Assembly: GCA_028534125.1 (NCBI GenBank)
Contig: CM052817.1
Location: 29,824,001-29,888,000 of the forward strand
From: Lama glama
Lineage: Eukaryota
DNA length: 64,000 nucleotides
Direction: 5' to 3'
This document shows, piece after piece, positions 1 through 14,300 of this stretch; position 1 is the stretch's first letter; each line of letters begins with the position of its first letter. The notes under the pieces are model-generated. The model was not told the origin of the DNA. It was given only the letters and a program-made list of their open reading frames with translations, and made no database searches. Position numbers and translations under genes: made by a program.

Positions 1-3000
1 AATGAGTAATCAGAGGCATTTGAATTGCTGTATTATTATAATCCCCATAATATGTTAATATATACAACATTAATACATATATTACTGTGTATTAATATAT
101 TAATACTTCTGTGATTTAAAATCCTATTTCAAAACACAGTTTCAAGAGTTTCATCACTGAAATCCCTATTGCTGCCAATTCAGTATGTCCCAATTTGATT
201 GAATTTCCACTTTTATTTCTCAATCCTCAATCACCAGGTTGTTTGAATTTTACTTTTCAGTTATGTTCTGGCTGTTTGTTTTTTTTTTTATTTTAATGGT
301 TTATCTGCTAGCTGGTCTTTGGTCATATTCTTCTTAAAGTCTGATCTTAATTTTTCTGTTATTTAATTATATAGAGAGAATGAAGTGATCTACAAATTAG
401 GTGTAAATCATTTAATCTTTGTAATAAATACCTGGGAATAAGTGAAAGACATGAATCTTGACCAACGATAGATCGCTGTTCTCTACTCCTGTTCATAATA
501 GACATCTTGTCTGGATCCCAGATTTCCTCAATACTTTTTTAACTTTAATTCTTCCTACAAAATAGCACGTTTTATGATATTAGGATTTTCTTTATTATTC
601 TGGACCATCTTTTTTGAAAGCTGATATGTGAAGTATTGTTTTATTAGTTTCTATTATAAGTCCTCATAGCTTTTCTCTAGTTTAGATTAGCCTTGTCCAG
701 AAATAGGTGATTCATACTTTTTTATGACCATATTTTAAAGTTCTAGACAAAAATCACAAAAAACTGCTAAATATTATCAATTAAACATGACTACTTAGAC
801 ACAATGCCCTTTTAATTTAACATATTTATTTAGTTAATTTTATTTAACATATTTATATATTTAAATGCTGTAATATTCCATATTTGGCCAGTGCCTAGTT
901 TCCTGACCTTGTCCTATTGTTCACCATTAACACGTACAAGTATTACCTAATACATTCCATGATGGCTCTTCCAATCTAATGGGAAAAAGAAATTTTCCTC
1001 GAGAATTTTCAAGTAGCTTTTTAAAAATACTTCATGTTTTAAATGTTAATCAAATACAAAAAGCATAGCAGAGATAATGCTATTAAACTATATTTTAACA
1101 ATGAACCATCTATTCACAAAAAGGAAAACTTCAAAGTTACTCAACATTAGCCAGTAAATTATGAGTATTTTTCTTGAGGGTCAGTGACTGGAAATTTCAA
1201 AACTGTTAGATTTTGTTCTACATAGGATAAATTTAAGTACTAATGTTTTACCAGAATTTGTTTCTTATCTTTCTATTCACAAAATCTCTGGCCTTCAGAG
1301 AGTTTAAAGCTCTGAGAGAATAGAATATATGATGTATTAGAAAGTACACACAGGAAAAGCTTTGTGGATAGGCATGCTCAGTATTCCTTTATCTTAAGGT
1401 GGCCTATCTCCCTCTTTTGCACCGAGATAACTGATGTGGATAACACAATTGCAATTTCCTCCTTTAACTTAGATTTATAAGAAAAGAGTTTCTTTTATTT
1501 TCCAATAGAGATATAATGAAGGAGCAAGCAAAAAAATAATATTTTATTGCATAATTCAAAATACAGACTCAAGATAATATTATATATTTCTTTTATTTCC
1601 TTTTGAAAAATATTCTAATGGCTTTAATCTGTCATGCCTTCCAGCTTACATATTTAATTTTTTTTTCAACTGATAAATTTTAATTCCATTTGCTCCCAGA
1701 TCAAGCAAGCAAATATCAAAGGTCCAAAGATTCTCACTAAGCTTGGTTTAGGGAACTTTCAATACTCACTACCCACATATTCCTTCTGCAGCACACTGGC
1801 CAAACAAAATTTGGCTATCAACTTACTTATAGCTAGGGAAAAAAAAGGGAAAATGAATATTAAGCATTTCTAATTAGAGAATTGTAATCTCCGGGGAGAC
1901 ATAATTTAAACACAATTTGGTTGTAAATGAATTTTCTCATTGTCATTGGGATCGTTTTCTTGTTTATTGGTTATACATTTGGAAATAATTTTATGTCAAT
2001 TTTAAAATCAGTTTTCTTGCTTCCATTCCTTGTACTGATCAAAGAAAGTCAGGGTCTCACATTAGATATGGTTGCCATAAAATGATTCTATGAGGCTCTG
2101 TGCCTGAGTTCAGTGACGCACATTAGCTGAAGAATCTGCCTTTCAATAGGAAAGCACGGGAGGACTCTTTACCACCTTTACGCAGCCTTCTCTAAGTGTA
2201 AATTCTCTCTAAGCTTTAGATAGGTCCTAGAATGCAAGCAACTTGAGTTGTATTTTCTAACAAGTGTTGTAAGTGTTTTTTGTTCCTTTGATAAGCTATG
2301 ATAGAATTATATGCTCCATAAAGGAGAGAAGTGTGTAGTATATTTGACATTTTTATATAAAAATCTAAAGACTTGTGGAGAGTTACAAAAATAGGCATTA
2401 AAAACCTCATAATAAAGTATGTCACATATGAAGGTATTTTCATGGGTTCAGACTTTGGCAAGTAATCACTAGCCGTTTTACTTTCTTTTAAATTCCAGTT
2501 AAAATGTTTATAAGTACCAAGAGAAAATGTGAATAGAAGTTGCTATAGCATTGGCAACTAAGAAAAAAAATAGATATCAAGTAAGCGTAACAAAAGGGAG
2601 CAGAATTACAATTCTAGCATCCATTGAAGTAGTATTTAAGGCAAAACATGGCATATGAAAAAAGGATCATTGTATACTAATAAATGTTGCAATCCTAAGT
2701 GAAAATATAGTGCTCATGGACTTTTATGCACTGATTAGCTGAGTAGTAGTCTTTGGCACACTACTATCCATCTTTGTCAGATTAAGTACATGAAAAATTT
2801 AGTTAAGCCTTGCTTTGAAAGATTCAGATGAAAATTTGGATGATGGAAAGCAGACAAGATGTATGCATTATTTTCAATTAGTTAAAGGGTGATATATGAA
2901 GTTCAAATTATCTTTGCATGGTTAAAGTATAGACATAGATAAAGATAAAGCTCCTCAATTATTGAAGGGTTTTATTAGAGGCTTTAATTTGAGTGTATGG

Positions 3001-3600
3001 ACATTTAGCAGGCAAATACACGTGTGAGGAACATTCACTCTGAACTAGAGAGAATGAATAGTAGAGAATAGAGGCTGAAAGGAAAATCAGGATTTGACTG
3101 TTGTGATGCTTTAAAGAGTGATGAGGACTGATACTGGGTTATAGAAGATCTGAACTATATTGTAAAAGGATCAGTGGTAGACTGCATGGACTACATGAGA
3201 CTAACTGGCAAAACCTCATTAATCAATGGAAATTTTCAATGTAATTTTGGCTCATAATTGAGTCTATTTTATTATAATCAGCTCCCACCAAGTTCAGTTC
3301 TGATTCACTTGTAGGTTTGTTTCCCCCCAAATGCTGAAACATCTATGTCTGATTACTTTTTCCTATTAGAACTTATACAGGGATGAGGTTAGCCTGGCCA
3401 GTGAATTCTTCAGGGTCCAGTTCTTTTAATTGCTAGAAAAATACATGTTACAAGATGAAAAGCATTTCTCATAACTTGACACAGATATTTTTCAGATTAT
3501 CCTGAAGATACAGCTTAACAAAGCTTTAGGTCCCTAGACAATAATTCATGAGTTTAGTATGTCAGAGGGAGCTAAAAATAACTGTAAAACACGTAATTAG

Positions 3601-4049
3601 ATGGTAACTCTATGTTTATATATAACTGTGAGGAAATGCCAGACTGTTTTCCAAAGTGGTGGCACCATTTTACAGTCCTACCAGCAGTGTATGAGTTTTC
3701 TGATCAATTTAACCATAGTCTTGCTATAAAGTTTATCATATGACTTTTTGCTTATGTCCCTTCTAGTGTGTGATGTGGTATCTCATGGTTTTGATTTACA
3801 TTTTCCTGATGAGTAACTATGTTAAACATCTTTTCATGTGCTTAGTGGCCATTTTACATATCTTTTTAGAGAAATACTTACTCATCTCCTTTGCCCACTT
3901 AAACATGTAGTTGTTTGTCCTTCTATTATTGAGTTGTAAGAGTTATTTATATATTCTAGATACAAGACCCTTATCAGATATGATTTGAAAATATTTTATC
4001 ACATTCTGTGAATTGTCTCTTCATTTTATTCATCCCAGCCTTTGAAGCA
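3601..4049 (-). mobile_element. Old L1 fragment (ORF2 3' region), inverted 5' part of a twin-primed insertion
   Basis: Contains GGTAACTCTATGTTT, AGGAAATGCCAGACTGTTTTCCAAAGTGG and CATCTTTTCATGTGCTTAGTGGCCATT, typical antisense L1M ORF2 3' sequence. Confidence 0.85.
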
Positions 4050-4135
4050 TTCTACTCCTAGGTATAAATGCAGAATAAATGAAAACATATTCCACACAAA
4101 ACTTGCACATGAATGTCTGTAGTAGTATTTTCCAT
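4046..4135 (+). mobile_element. Old L1 fragment, non-inverted continuation of the 3601-4049 piece
   Basis: AGCATTCTACTCCTAGGTAT...AAATGAAAACATATTCCACACAAAACTTGCACATGAATGT resembles the L1 consensus CCAGCAATTCCACTCCTAGGTAT...GAAAACATATGTCCACACAAAAAC. Confidence 0.75.
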
Positions 4136-4156
4136 ATTTCCGTATTTCCAATGTTA

Positions 4157-4214
4157 TAGCATGCAGGAGGTCCTGGGTTCAATCTTGAGTACCTCCTGGG
4201 TTCAATCTTGAGTA
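4157..4214 (+). mobile_element. 5'-truncated tRNA-Ala-derived SINE (Vic-1 type) with duplicated B-box segment
   Basis: TAGCATGCAGGAGGTCCTGGGTTCAATC matches the 3' half of the other SINE copies; TCCTGGGTTCAATCTTGAGTA occurs at 4171-4191 and 4194-4214. Confidence 0.8.
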
Positions 4215-4225
4215 TATATATATAT

Positions 4226-4515
4226 AATCAATGATAAAATTTTTTCAAGATAGTCAAGGAAGAAAACACAGTAATCTACAAAGAAATTCCCATTAGACTA
4301 TAAGCAGATTTCTCAGCAGAAACTGTAGGTCAAGAGAGAGTGGAATGACATACTCAAAATATTGAAAGATAAAAACTGACAGCCGAGAATACTCTATACA
4401 GTAAAGTTATTCTTCAGATGTGAAAAATAAATAAAGGTTTTCCCAGTCAAGCAAAAGCTGAGGGATTCATTACAACTAGACTTGCCTTACAAAACATGTT
4501 GAAAGGAGCTCTTCT
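4226..4515 (+). pseudogene. L1 ORF1p remnant (C-terminal part)
   Basis: Translates in pieces to PIRL*ADFSAET, REWNDI, PRILY, KQKLR, ALQNMLKG, matching conserved L1 ORF1p C-terminal motifs. Confidence 0.85.
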
Positions 4516-4985
4516 ACCTGAAATGAAAAGAGAAAACCACTAAGGTGATCAATAGGTAGACAGAATAAGAAAATTGCAACACTACTCTATAGAAAAATAG
4601 GTTGTTAAACACTTAACTAAAAACATAAAAGTTAAAGGGAAAAATTAAAAATAACTATAGCTACTTCAATTTGATAACAGAATCAAAACATAAAAGGTAT
4701 AATTTGTGATAACAGGAATGTAAAAGAGGAAGAGGTAAAGGATGGAACGTGTATAGGCAAATGAAGCTAAGATGCTATCAGCAGAAAAAGGACTATTTAT
4801 CTTTGAGACATTTTATAGAAACCTCATGTAACCACAAATAAAAATCTACATCTGAGACACAAAACATAAAAAAGAGGAAACTGAGAAAAATATCATAGAA
4901 AATCATCAAACTAAAGTGGTGGACAGAAACACAAGTAAAAAAAGAAATAATACAGATATGGAGCAACCAGAAAACAAAAGATAAA

Positions 4986-7900
4986 ATGGCAATACTAAGT
5001 CCCCATTTATCTAGAATCACCCTAAATGTAAATGGATTGAATTCATCAATCAAAAGACACAGAGTGGCTGGCTGGATTAAAAAATAAAAAACAACCATAT
5101 GCTGCCTCTCAGGGACTGACTCGTCTTCATCTCTAAAGATAAATATAGACACAAAATGAAGGGATGAAAGATAATACTCCAAGCAAATGGCAGCCAAACA
5201 AAGCAGGTATAGCCATACTCATGTCAGACAAAATCAACTTGAAGCCAAAAAAGGCAAAAAGGACAAAGATGGACACTTTATAATGATAGAGGGGGAAATC
5301 CACTAAGAAGACATAAGGGGGAGCATATAGCTCAAGTGGCAGAGTGCATGCTTAGCATACACAAGGTCCTGGGTTCAATCCCCAGTGCCTCCTCTAAAAA
5401 TAAATAAATAAGTAAACCTAATTGCCTCCCCCACAAAAAAAATAAAAAATAAATAAGAACAAAAAGAAAAAAATAAGACATCAGATTTATTAGTATATAT
5501 GTACATACCATAGGGGCATTAAAATATATAAAGCAATTACTGAGAGACTTAAAGGTAGAAATTGACAGAAATACTACAGTAGGGGACTTTAACACCCCAC
5601 TTACATCAGCGGCTCAATCATCCAGACATGATGTGAACTAGAAAACAATGACCTTAAATGAAACATTAGACCAGATGAACTTGAGACATATACAGAACAT
5701 TTCATCCAAAAAACAGCAGAATTCTCCAGTGCACATAGAATATTTGCAAGGATAGCCATATGTTGGGACACAAGCAGATTTTAGTAAATTTAATATTGAA
5801 ATCATTTCAAGCATCTTTTTTGATTACATGATATGAAACTAGAAATCTACTACAAGAAGAAAGCTGAAAAGAATCACAAATATGTAAACCTAAACAACAT
5901 GCTACTGAACAACTATTGGCTCAAGGAAAAAAAAATTAAAGGAAAAATAAAAAGTACTTAAAGACAAATGAAAGTGAAATTACAACATACCAAAATCAAT
6001 GGGATATGGCAAACCACTAGTAAGAGGGAAGTTTATAGCAATACAGTTCTACCTCAAGAAACAAGAAAAATCTCAAATAAACAATCTAACCTTATACCTA
6101 AAGGAACTAAAAAAGAAGAACAAATGAAGCTTAAAATTAGTAGAGAAAAGGAAATAATAAAGACTACAGTGAAAATAAATGAAACAGAGACTAAAAAGAC
6201 TAGAAAAGATCAATGAAACTAAGAGCTGGTTCTTTGAAAAGAAAAGCAAAATTGACAAAACTTTAGCTAGCTTCACTAAGGGAAAAAAAAAAAAGAATGA
6301 AGGCTCAGATTAAAAAAAAAAACTGAAACAAAAGAGAAGTTACAGTGGATACCCCAGAATTACAAAGGAGTATGAGACCATTATGAACAGCTATATACCA
6401 ATAAATTGGGCAATCTAGAAGAAATGGATAAATTCTTAGAATCATAAAATCTTCCAAGACAGGATCATGAAGAAGTAGAAAATCTGAATGGACTGATCAC
6501 TAGTAAGAAGGTTGAAACACTAATTAGAAACCTCCCAAAAAACAAAAGTCTAGGACCAGATGGCTTAACTGGTGAATTCTACCAAATATTCAGAGATTTA
6601 CTACATAAACTTCTCAAACTCTTGTAAAATAATTGAAGAGGAGGGATGCTTCCAAACATAAAGCCAGCATTATTCTGATAACAAAACTAGACATGGACAA
6701 CACACACACACACACAAATTACAGGCCAGCATCTCTGATAAACATAGATGCAAAAATTCCCAACAAATTATTAGCAAACCAAACACAACAATACATTAAA
6801 AGGATCATAACCATGGCATTTATTACAGGATGTAAGGATGGTTCAGCATCTTCAAATCAGTCAGTGTGATATACCACATTAATAAAATAAAGACCATATG
6901 ATTATATCAATAGTTGCAGAAAAAGCATTTGACAAGACTCAGCATCCATGTATAATTAAAACTCTCAATAAAATGTGTATAGAAGGAATATACCTCAACA
7001 TAATAAAGACCACACATGACAAATCTACAGCTAACATCATATTCAATATTGAAAAACTGAACACTATCCCTTTAAGATCAGAAACAGCAAGGGTGCCCAC
7101 TCTTGCCACTTTATTCAACTTAGTATTGGAAATCCTAGCCAGAGCGATTTGGCAAGTAAAAGAAATAAACAGCATCCATATTGGAAAGGAGGGCATAAAA
7201 CTGCCAGTATGTGCAGATGACATAATATTATATGTAGAAAATGCTAAAGACTCCAACAAAAATTATTAGAAATAATAAACCAATACAGTAAAGTTGCAGG
7301 GTACAAAATTAATATACAACTATTTTACTTCTGTACATTAACAATGAGCTGGCAGAAAGAGAAATTAAGAGTGCAATCCATGTACAGTTGCAACAAAATA
7401 ATAAAATATCAAGGGATAAATTTAAAGGGGTGAAAGACCTCTACGCTGAAAACTATAAGACATGCTGAAGGAAACTGAAGACGATGAAAAGAAATGGAAA
7501 GTTAATTTGTACTCATGGACTAGAATTAATATTATTAAAATATCCATATTACATAAGCAATCTACAGATTCAGTGCAATCCTCATCAAAATACTAATGGC
7601 ATTTTTCACAGAAATAGAACAAAAAATTCTAAAATTGATATGGAACCAAAAAGACCACAAATAGCCAGAGCAATCCTGGGAAAACAATAACAAAGTTAGA
7701 GGTATCATACTCCTTGATTTCAAATTTTAATACAAAGCTATAGTAATCAAAACAGCATGGCATTGGTAGAAAAAGATCAATGGAACAGCATTGAGAGCCG
7801 ATAAATAAACCTAAATATGTATATAAAATTTACAACAAAGGAGCCAAGAACATACAATGGAGAAAGGAAAGTCTTCAATGCTTGATGTTGGGAAAAACAG

Positions 7901-8923
7901 ATAGCCACATGCAAAAGAATGAAACTAGACCATTGTCTTAAACTATACACAAAAATAAACTGAAAAAATAAACTGAAACCACTTGAGTTTAAGACCTGAA
8001 ACCATAAACCTCCAACAAGAAATCATAAGCAGTATGCTGTTTGACATCAGTCTTAGCAATATCTTTTGGGCTATGTCTCCTCAGGCAAGGGGAACAAGAG
8101 CAAAAAAAAAAAAAGAAAACAAAGCCATAAATGGGACGGCATCCAACTAAAATGTTACTGTGCAGGAAAGGAGGAAAGCATCAACAAAACAAAGAGACAA
8201 ACCACCAAATAGAAGATGTTTGCGAATTACATATCTGATAAGGAGTTACTATCCAAAAATATATAAAGAACTGATACAACTCAACAACAACAAAACACAT
8301 AACTTGATTAAAAAATGGGAAGAAGATATGAATAGATATTTTTCCAAAAAAGACATACAGATGGCCAACAAGCATAGTGGTTCAAGACCACTAATTATTG
8401 GGTAAATGCAAATCAAAACCACAATAAATATCACTTCATATCTATTAGAATGGCTATTATCAAAAATACAAGAAATAACAAGTGTTGGAGAGGATGTGGA
8501 AAAAGGGAACAGTGGTATACTGTTGGTGGGAATGTAAATTGGTGTAACCACTATGAAAAAAAGTATGGAGAGTCCTCAAAAAATTAAGAATATAATACCA
8601 TATATAAATACCATATGACCCAGCTGTTTCACTACTAGGTATTTTCTGAAGAATATGAAAACACTAATTTGTAAAGATACATGCATCTTATGTTCACTGC
8701 AGCATCATTTATAATAACCAAGATACAGAAACAACCTAAGTGTCCATTGATGGATCAATGGATAAAGAAGATGTGTATATATAATGGAATATTGCTCAAG
8801 CATAAAAAAGATGAAATCTTTCCATTTGCTTCAACATGAATGGACCTTTTATACTATTATGCTGTTAAATAAATCAGACAGAGAAAGACAAATGTCATGT
8901 GGTTTTACTCATGTGGAATATAA
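4986..8923 (+). pseudogene. L1 ORF2p remnant (endonuclease, reverse transcriptase, Cys-rich domain)
   Basis: ATG at 4986 gives MAILSPHLSRITLNVNGLNSSIKRHRVAGWI (EN). ORF 6633-6869 has NYRPASLINIDAKI. ORF 6898-7269 has MIISIVAEKAFDK and CADDIILYVENAKDS (FADD motif mutated to CADD, 7210-7221). KCWRGCGK lies near 8480. Fragmented by frameshifts and a SINE. Confidence 0.92.
5317..5471 (+). mobile_element. Vic-1-type tRNA-Ala SINE inserted in L1 ORF2 EN domain
   Basis: A-box-like TAGCTCAAGTGG, anticodon-like TTAGCAT, B box GGTTCAATCCC, tail AAACCTAATTGCCTCCCCC plus A-rich run. TSD AAGAAGACATAA (5305-5316) / AATAAGACATCA (5472-5483). Confidence 0.93.
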
Positions 8924-10329
8924 AAATAAATAAATAAACCAGCAAACAAAACAAAAGAAAACAAATACATAGATACAGGAAACAGACTGGTGGTTACTGA
9001 AGGAAAATGATGGTGGGAGGTGGGCAAAATGGGTGAAGGGAGTCAATTGTATGTTGATGGATGGAACCTCATCTTTTGGTGGTGAGCACACTGTAGTATA
9101 TATAGAAGTCAAATTCTAATGCTGTATACATGAACTCTGTATAATGTTATAAACCAAGCTTACTCAATCAAAAAAAGAGAAATGTAATAAGGCAACTAAA
9201 TAAAACAAAGCTAAAGAGAGGAGAAATGATTATGCCATGTGTCATGTCTCATTGAAAGTTGCTGCATTATTCAATTTATTTTTCCACTTTGTGCAGAGAA
9301 ATCATAATGTGAGTGAGAGATTTTAATAAGACCGACTGAAAATGACCTAAGTTATTTTACAACACCTGAGGAATTAAAGGATTAAAATACCTTTAAATGG
9401 AATTTAGGTAATAGGAAAATCCTAATCCTATAATTAACGTGTTTAAAATGTTAAATTGAGGAATCATCTAGCTATACATGTTTTGGTATTTAATTTCTTT
9501 TTTTTAAAATTCATTTTACAAAGGCAATCCAAAATATAATTGGAGAGAGATTAGGTATATTAGAGCTTGACAGAAAAGGATCCTTGTGGGAAATACCAGA
9601 TGTGTTGTTTTGTTTTGTTAGTTTATTTTATTTGACTTTGGTTTCAGAATTACTAAAATTTAACGTTTTGATATTCAGGATAAGCAATCATCAACTTCTT
9701 TGTAATTCAGTCCATGGATGACCCCTTAAAATAAACACATATGAACACAAATGATCTAGACAAAACCAGTGATTTAAAAATATGTTACTTGATCTATCTT
9801 CAACAAAGAAGCAGGTATTTATATACTATGACACCAAAAGCATGTTTAAAATATTGATAAACCAAAACACATTTAAAAAAACAGTTGCTTCTCAAAGCTG
9901 TTGCAATAATCTAACAATTGTTTTCAATTTTTTAACTTCCCAACATTCATCATATGTAAGTTTATTTTGTATAATTGTAATTATGTGTATGTGTTTGTAT
10001 GAATAGGTTCTTTGATAGATTTTTTTCAAAGAATACATTATATGAAGATTTTAATTCCAATATCCTGTCTTCATATTTCTACTCCACAGAGGATTCATAA
10101 AATGACCTTGATGAAAGCATCTACTTTACAATTTAATGTACGATTTCCCAATGTTTAAATAGTGTCTGATTAGTGTTTTTATTATAAATAATTTTTAAGA
10201 ACATCCTGAAACACAAGGAATGTTTTTTAATAGCTAAAATTCATTTTCCTCTAAGCATGTTTCAGACGTTGCTAAGTTTCAGTTATTTACACGTTTATTT
10301 TTCACAACAATCACATTGAACTGGTGCTG

Positions 10330-10450
10330 TTACAATATTCATTTTATAGATAAGATAACTGATGTCCACAGGTACCAAGTAACTTGCCCACAGTGACACA
10401 GCAGTACATATGGAGCTAAAATACAAACTAAGCGTGACTCCTGAATCTGT
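10330..10450 (-). mobile_element. MIR SINE fragment
   Basis: CATTTTATAGATAAGATAACTGA...AAGTAACTTGCCCACAGTGACACAGC resembles the antisense MIR core. Confidence 0.8.
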
Positions 10451-11010
10451 ATATCTCAATTGTCAAGTTATAGTGTGTCTCCATATTGTACACAAAAAGG
10501 TAGAAATTATTATGATCTGATAAGCATTTACATACTATCTCCGAAAAATAATGACACAGCTTTGCACAGCTTCTAGCATTATTTGAATATACTATATCTT
10601 GTGAGGAGGTACTACCTGAGGACCTGAATAACATGTCAAAGAAAGGATTTAGATAAGTACAGATAGAATATTGACATACTTTGAGTTGCTGGATACACAC
10701 AAAGAATAACATTTCTTATATACAGTTGGTATTATCAGTTAAATGAAGCTGTGCCATTAAAGAACCCATAAGTGACTGGTAAACAGATACTGTGATTTCT
10801 GAAGAGAACATTTTCAGTTGCTTCTAAGGCTGATGTGAAACTGAATTTTAAATATTAAAATGTCATAGTGGTATTAGAGGCTACAACTGGGATTGTTTTA
10901 TGTGATGTTACTGGTGGGAAAGGAAAAGATATCTACTCAGAGGAACATAGCAAAGAAAAGACAGCAGTGTGATTCCTGAACTCTCACTTGAATTTACGCA
11001 AATTAAACTC

Positions 11011-11147
11011 TGTATTAGACATGTTTGGTTGAAAGTAATAGAACTCAACCCAAACTGATTTTTTTAAGTGCTATTTAACTGCTTCTTCTCTTGAAAGCAG
11101 CAGTTTAGACAATATTTTCTGGACTAGTTTTTACTCACTTTTGTTTG

Positions 11148-11180
<33 letters not shown>

Positions 11181-11370
11181 CCTCATGGTTGTCTCTGTTC
11201 TCAAGCGACAGATAGCTCTGTTCTCATTGCCTCAGTTCATTCCTGGAGCTTCAGCTATAGCACAGATTGGCCTTGAGTCACAGGCCCACTGTTAGATAGC
11301 CACAAATTAACTCTGGCCAAAACGTAAGGACTGACAGTGATGGGTAGATAGTTCTCAGAAGTAAATTGCC
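11011..11370 (-). mobile_element. Ancient MaLR/ERVL LTR fragment containing a poly-T tract (11153-11180)
   Basis: TGTATTAG...TTTGGTTGAAAGTAATAGAACTCAACCCAAACTG and GATTGGCCTTGAGTCACAGGCCCAC resemble antisense MLT1/LTR33-class ends. Confidence 0.55.
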
Positions 11371-14300
11371 AAACAAAAGTTTACATTGGAGAAACAAAAA
11401 CAATGAGTGCATACCCTCTGGTCCTCCATACTTTGTTTTGCTTCCAGTACATTCCTTACATTGTTTTTCAGATGACAGTATTAATCATTTTATTTTGTTC
11501 TTCAAAATCCTTCACTCAATAAATCATTTTTATTCATTCACTAGATCATTTGTAATTCAGTAGATCTTTTCCTATGCTTTTAGATGGAAACCTAACATCC
11601 TTCAGAGAAGATGTCTAGCAATCATTCCAGATTCATTTTCAGCTGTACCTTGCTCTATATTCTATAATCAACACAACAGGACTTACTTGGCTACTATATG
11701 GCAGCTTGACCTGGTCTGCTCTTTTCACCAATTACACCTTACTTTTCTCCTAAGCTCCTCTAAAGTAAGGGTGCTTTCTCACCATTCATTCTGCATTCTG
11801 GAACAGAACAATGGATAAGCATTCTGTGAAATTACTGATTCAGAGAACGTTGCCCTTCCTTTCTGTCATTAATGAATATATAACGTTAAGTTTAAAATTT
11901 TAGCTCTTCAAAGGATTCAGAGAAAACTTTGTGCTGTCCGTTAGAATGATTGTGGACTGATGGCTCCAATGCTTTAGTCTTGTAGCCTTCTTTGGTTCTA
12001 TCAGCTTTTGAACCTGGTCTGATCTCAGTCTTTCTGTTTTTGCAATTTCCTGTTTCTTATTTAAGCATTTTTATTTCAGTAGCCTGGCATCTGACTCAAG
12101 TCAAATCATGAATTTTACCTCTGCTCTGTGAAATGAGTATGCTTTCTCAAAATTTCAATTTAGATTTTAATATGGTAGATGATAGGATTTCAATGCTTTC
12201 GTAGGTTTTTAAATCTCTGAATTAAAATATTTATTATATTAAAGAATATTAGGTTGTTTAAAGTCAACTCTTTAACTATCCGAAAGCAATATATTCTTAT
12301 GAAATCTGAATTTTAAAACCAGTTCTAACTCCAACATCCACTTTGTCTTTACCATAAATAATATATGATACCAAATCTTTATGACATATGTAATGAAATT
12401 GTATACATGCATATCATGTATGGTGGTACATATATATAGCTCATATATAATCTATACATCTGCTTATGTGTAGATATATGTTGAAATTAGGGAGGTAGCC
12501 TTATTTATACAGAGTCATAAAACAAGATAGTGTGGGAACTGGAAATAGAGTTTATGTCTCCAAATCCTTAGTCAAATATCCCTTTCATATTGTATATTGG
12601 TTTTCAATAATTTCAAATTTCATTTCAAAGAAATAATCAAAGGAGTCTATGTTCTTTAATAGGCAGCCATTTTAAATACCACTTGTTATTCTCTATTATG
12701 CTTTAATTTTATCTCTAAATATCAGTAGCTTTGAATTGGATAAACTGTGAAACCATGTACTTGTAGCTGAAATACAAGGCATAATCCAGAACAAAAGAGT
12801 TTGAAGATCCATAAGCACTCATACCTCCACACAATTGCCTTTGTTCTGTCACTCTTCTTTCTCTCAGACACACAAACACACAGATTTTTTTCATATCTAA
12901 CACACACACATGCACTGTGACCATAAGAGCTAATCTTACTAGATATTTTAAAGGCAGTCCTTAATGTCCCTAAATTCTCATTTAAAATATTTTTCCTGCT
13001 TTGATTAATTAACTAACTGTGTGGCTTTGTATCATTTTACTGATTATAGTGACAATAATTATGATGACTGGCAAATATAACAAAAATAATGAAGATGACT
13101 CTGGAGATGACACTTCCGAAGTAAAATATAAGGGCTGTTTTGGGTTAGTTCAAAATAATATGTTAACTTGATATTAATTAATTCCCATCATTTTTAACAA
13201 TCTCTAGTTATCTTTCCAGATGATTGTTTAAAAACTGTTACATACTTTTCAAGATAACACCCAGCTTTACCAGGTTGCAGCTTTATAAAACTTTATGTAT
13301 GATTAGAGAGTAAAATATTTTAACATTAAAGAGTCAGATAATTAAAACCATTACTAATTTTTAAAATATTTTATTGATTATGAGATCATTTTTATCTAGC
13401 TGTAAAAATCTTTTGATCTTATAGAATTAAATTTTCATAAGAGAATTACATTTTTAGAACCAAATATATTAAGAATGGAAATCTATTTTAGTATGTAGCC
13501 ATCATCCATCTATGTTATAGAGCAATTTAGGAAACTGATTTTTGAAATTCTTCCAATATTGTTTAAGGCATTCAACTTTTCTACTTTGTTCAGCATCCAG
13601 CATAATTGATATGTTTGAGGTTGTATTCTGAAACTCATTCTTTCTTATTGTATTGATTGCATATATAGATAGAGAGATTGGTAATCTATGTTTTTCTTGG
13701 AATCTAAGTAACAAAGAGGTTAAAAATTCTACCAGTGAAAATATATAATGGATTTTTATTATAAAAGGCATTCAAATTTCCATTTTAGGAAGCATGTTCA
13801 TTTCTGTTCTACATTAATTTTATTTTGAAATGAGATATCCTTAGAGCCATCAATAACTTTGTTTTGATATATTTGTGCACAGAAAATGTCAAGTGCTCTT
13901 TTTATAAAAGAGTCAGCCAAAAAAAAAAAAAGACAAAACTTCTTTAGCCTAATCTTTCCTTTCATTACTTTTTTCATATGAAGAGTATCTTGAAAATAGC
14001 AAAATAGCAGAAATGTAAAATTAGAATCATAATACCAGGTTATACTAGAAGTTCCAGAGCTCTATTTAACATGCTTACCAAAGTGTTTGGGTTAGGTTGA
14101 GTTATACTGGTAATGCCAAAACAGGAAATCAAGGATCCACCCAAAGGATCACTAAATTAAAACTTGAATTACAATAGACCCAAATTTATGCTTATACAAT
14201 GGTGATTATATTGCATGCAATTTATTTACATATGTGAAGTTGATAGTGATGGTAGTGGGTGTTGGCCTTTGGGTACTCTTGCCAGACTGCCATACCTAAT

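Larger units (their letters stand above)
4226..9180 (+). mobile_element. 5'-truncated LINE-1 (ORF1 3' half, spacer, ORF2, 3'UTR, A-tail), inactive
   Basis: Collinear ORF1 C-terminal motifs, EN start, RT motifs, Cys-rich C-terminus, L1MA-like 3'UTR ending ...ATAATGTTATAAACCAAGCTTACTCAATC and an A-rich tail; many stops and frameshifts. Confidence 0.95.

Noticed and set aside
6898..7269. Reverse transcriptase as part of a novel RT-based system
   Set aside because: It is an ordinary decayed L1 ORF2 fragment collinear with the rest of the L1, with frameshifts and a mutated FADD motif.
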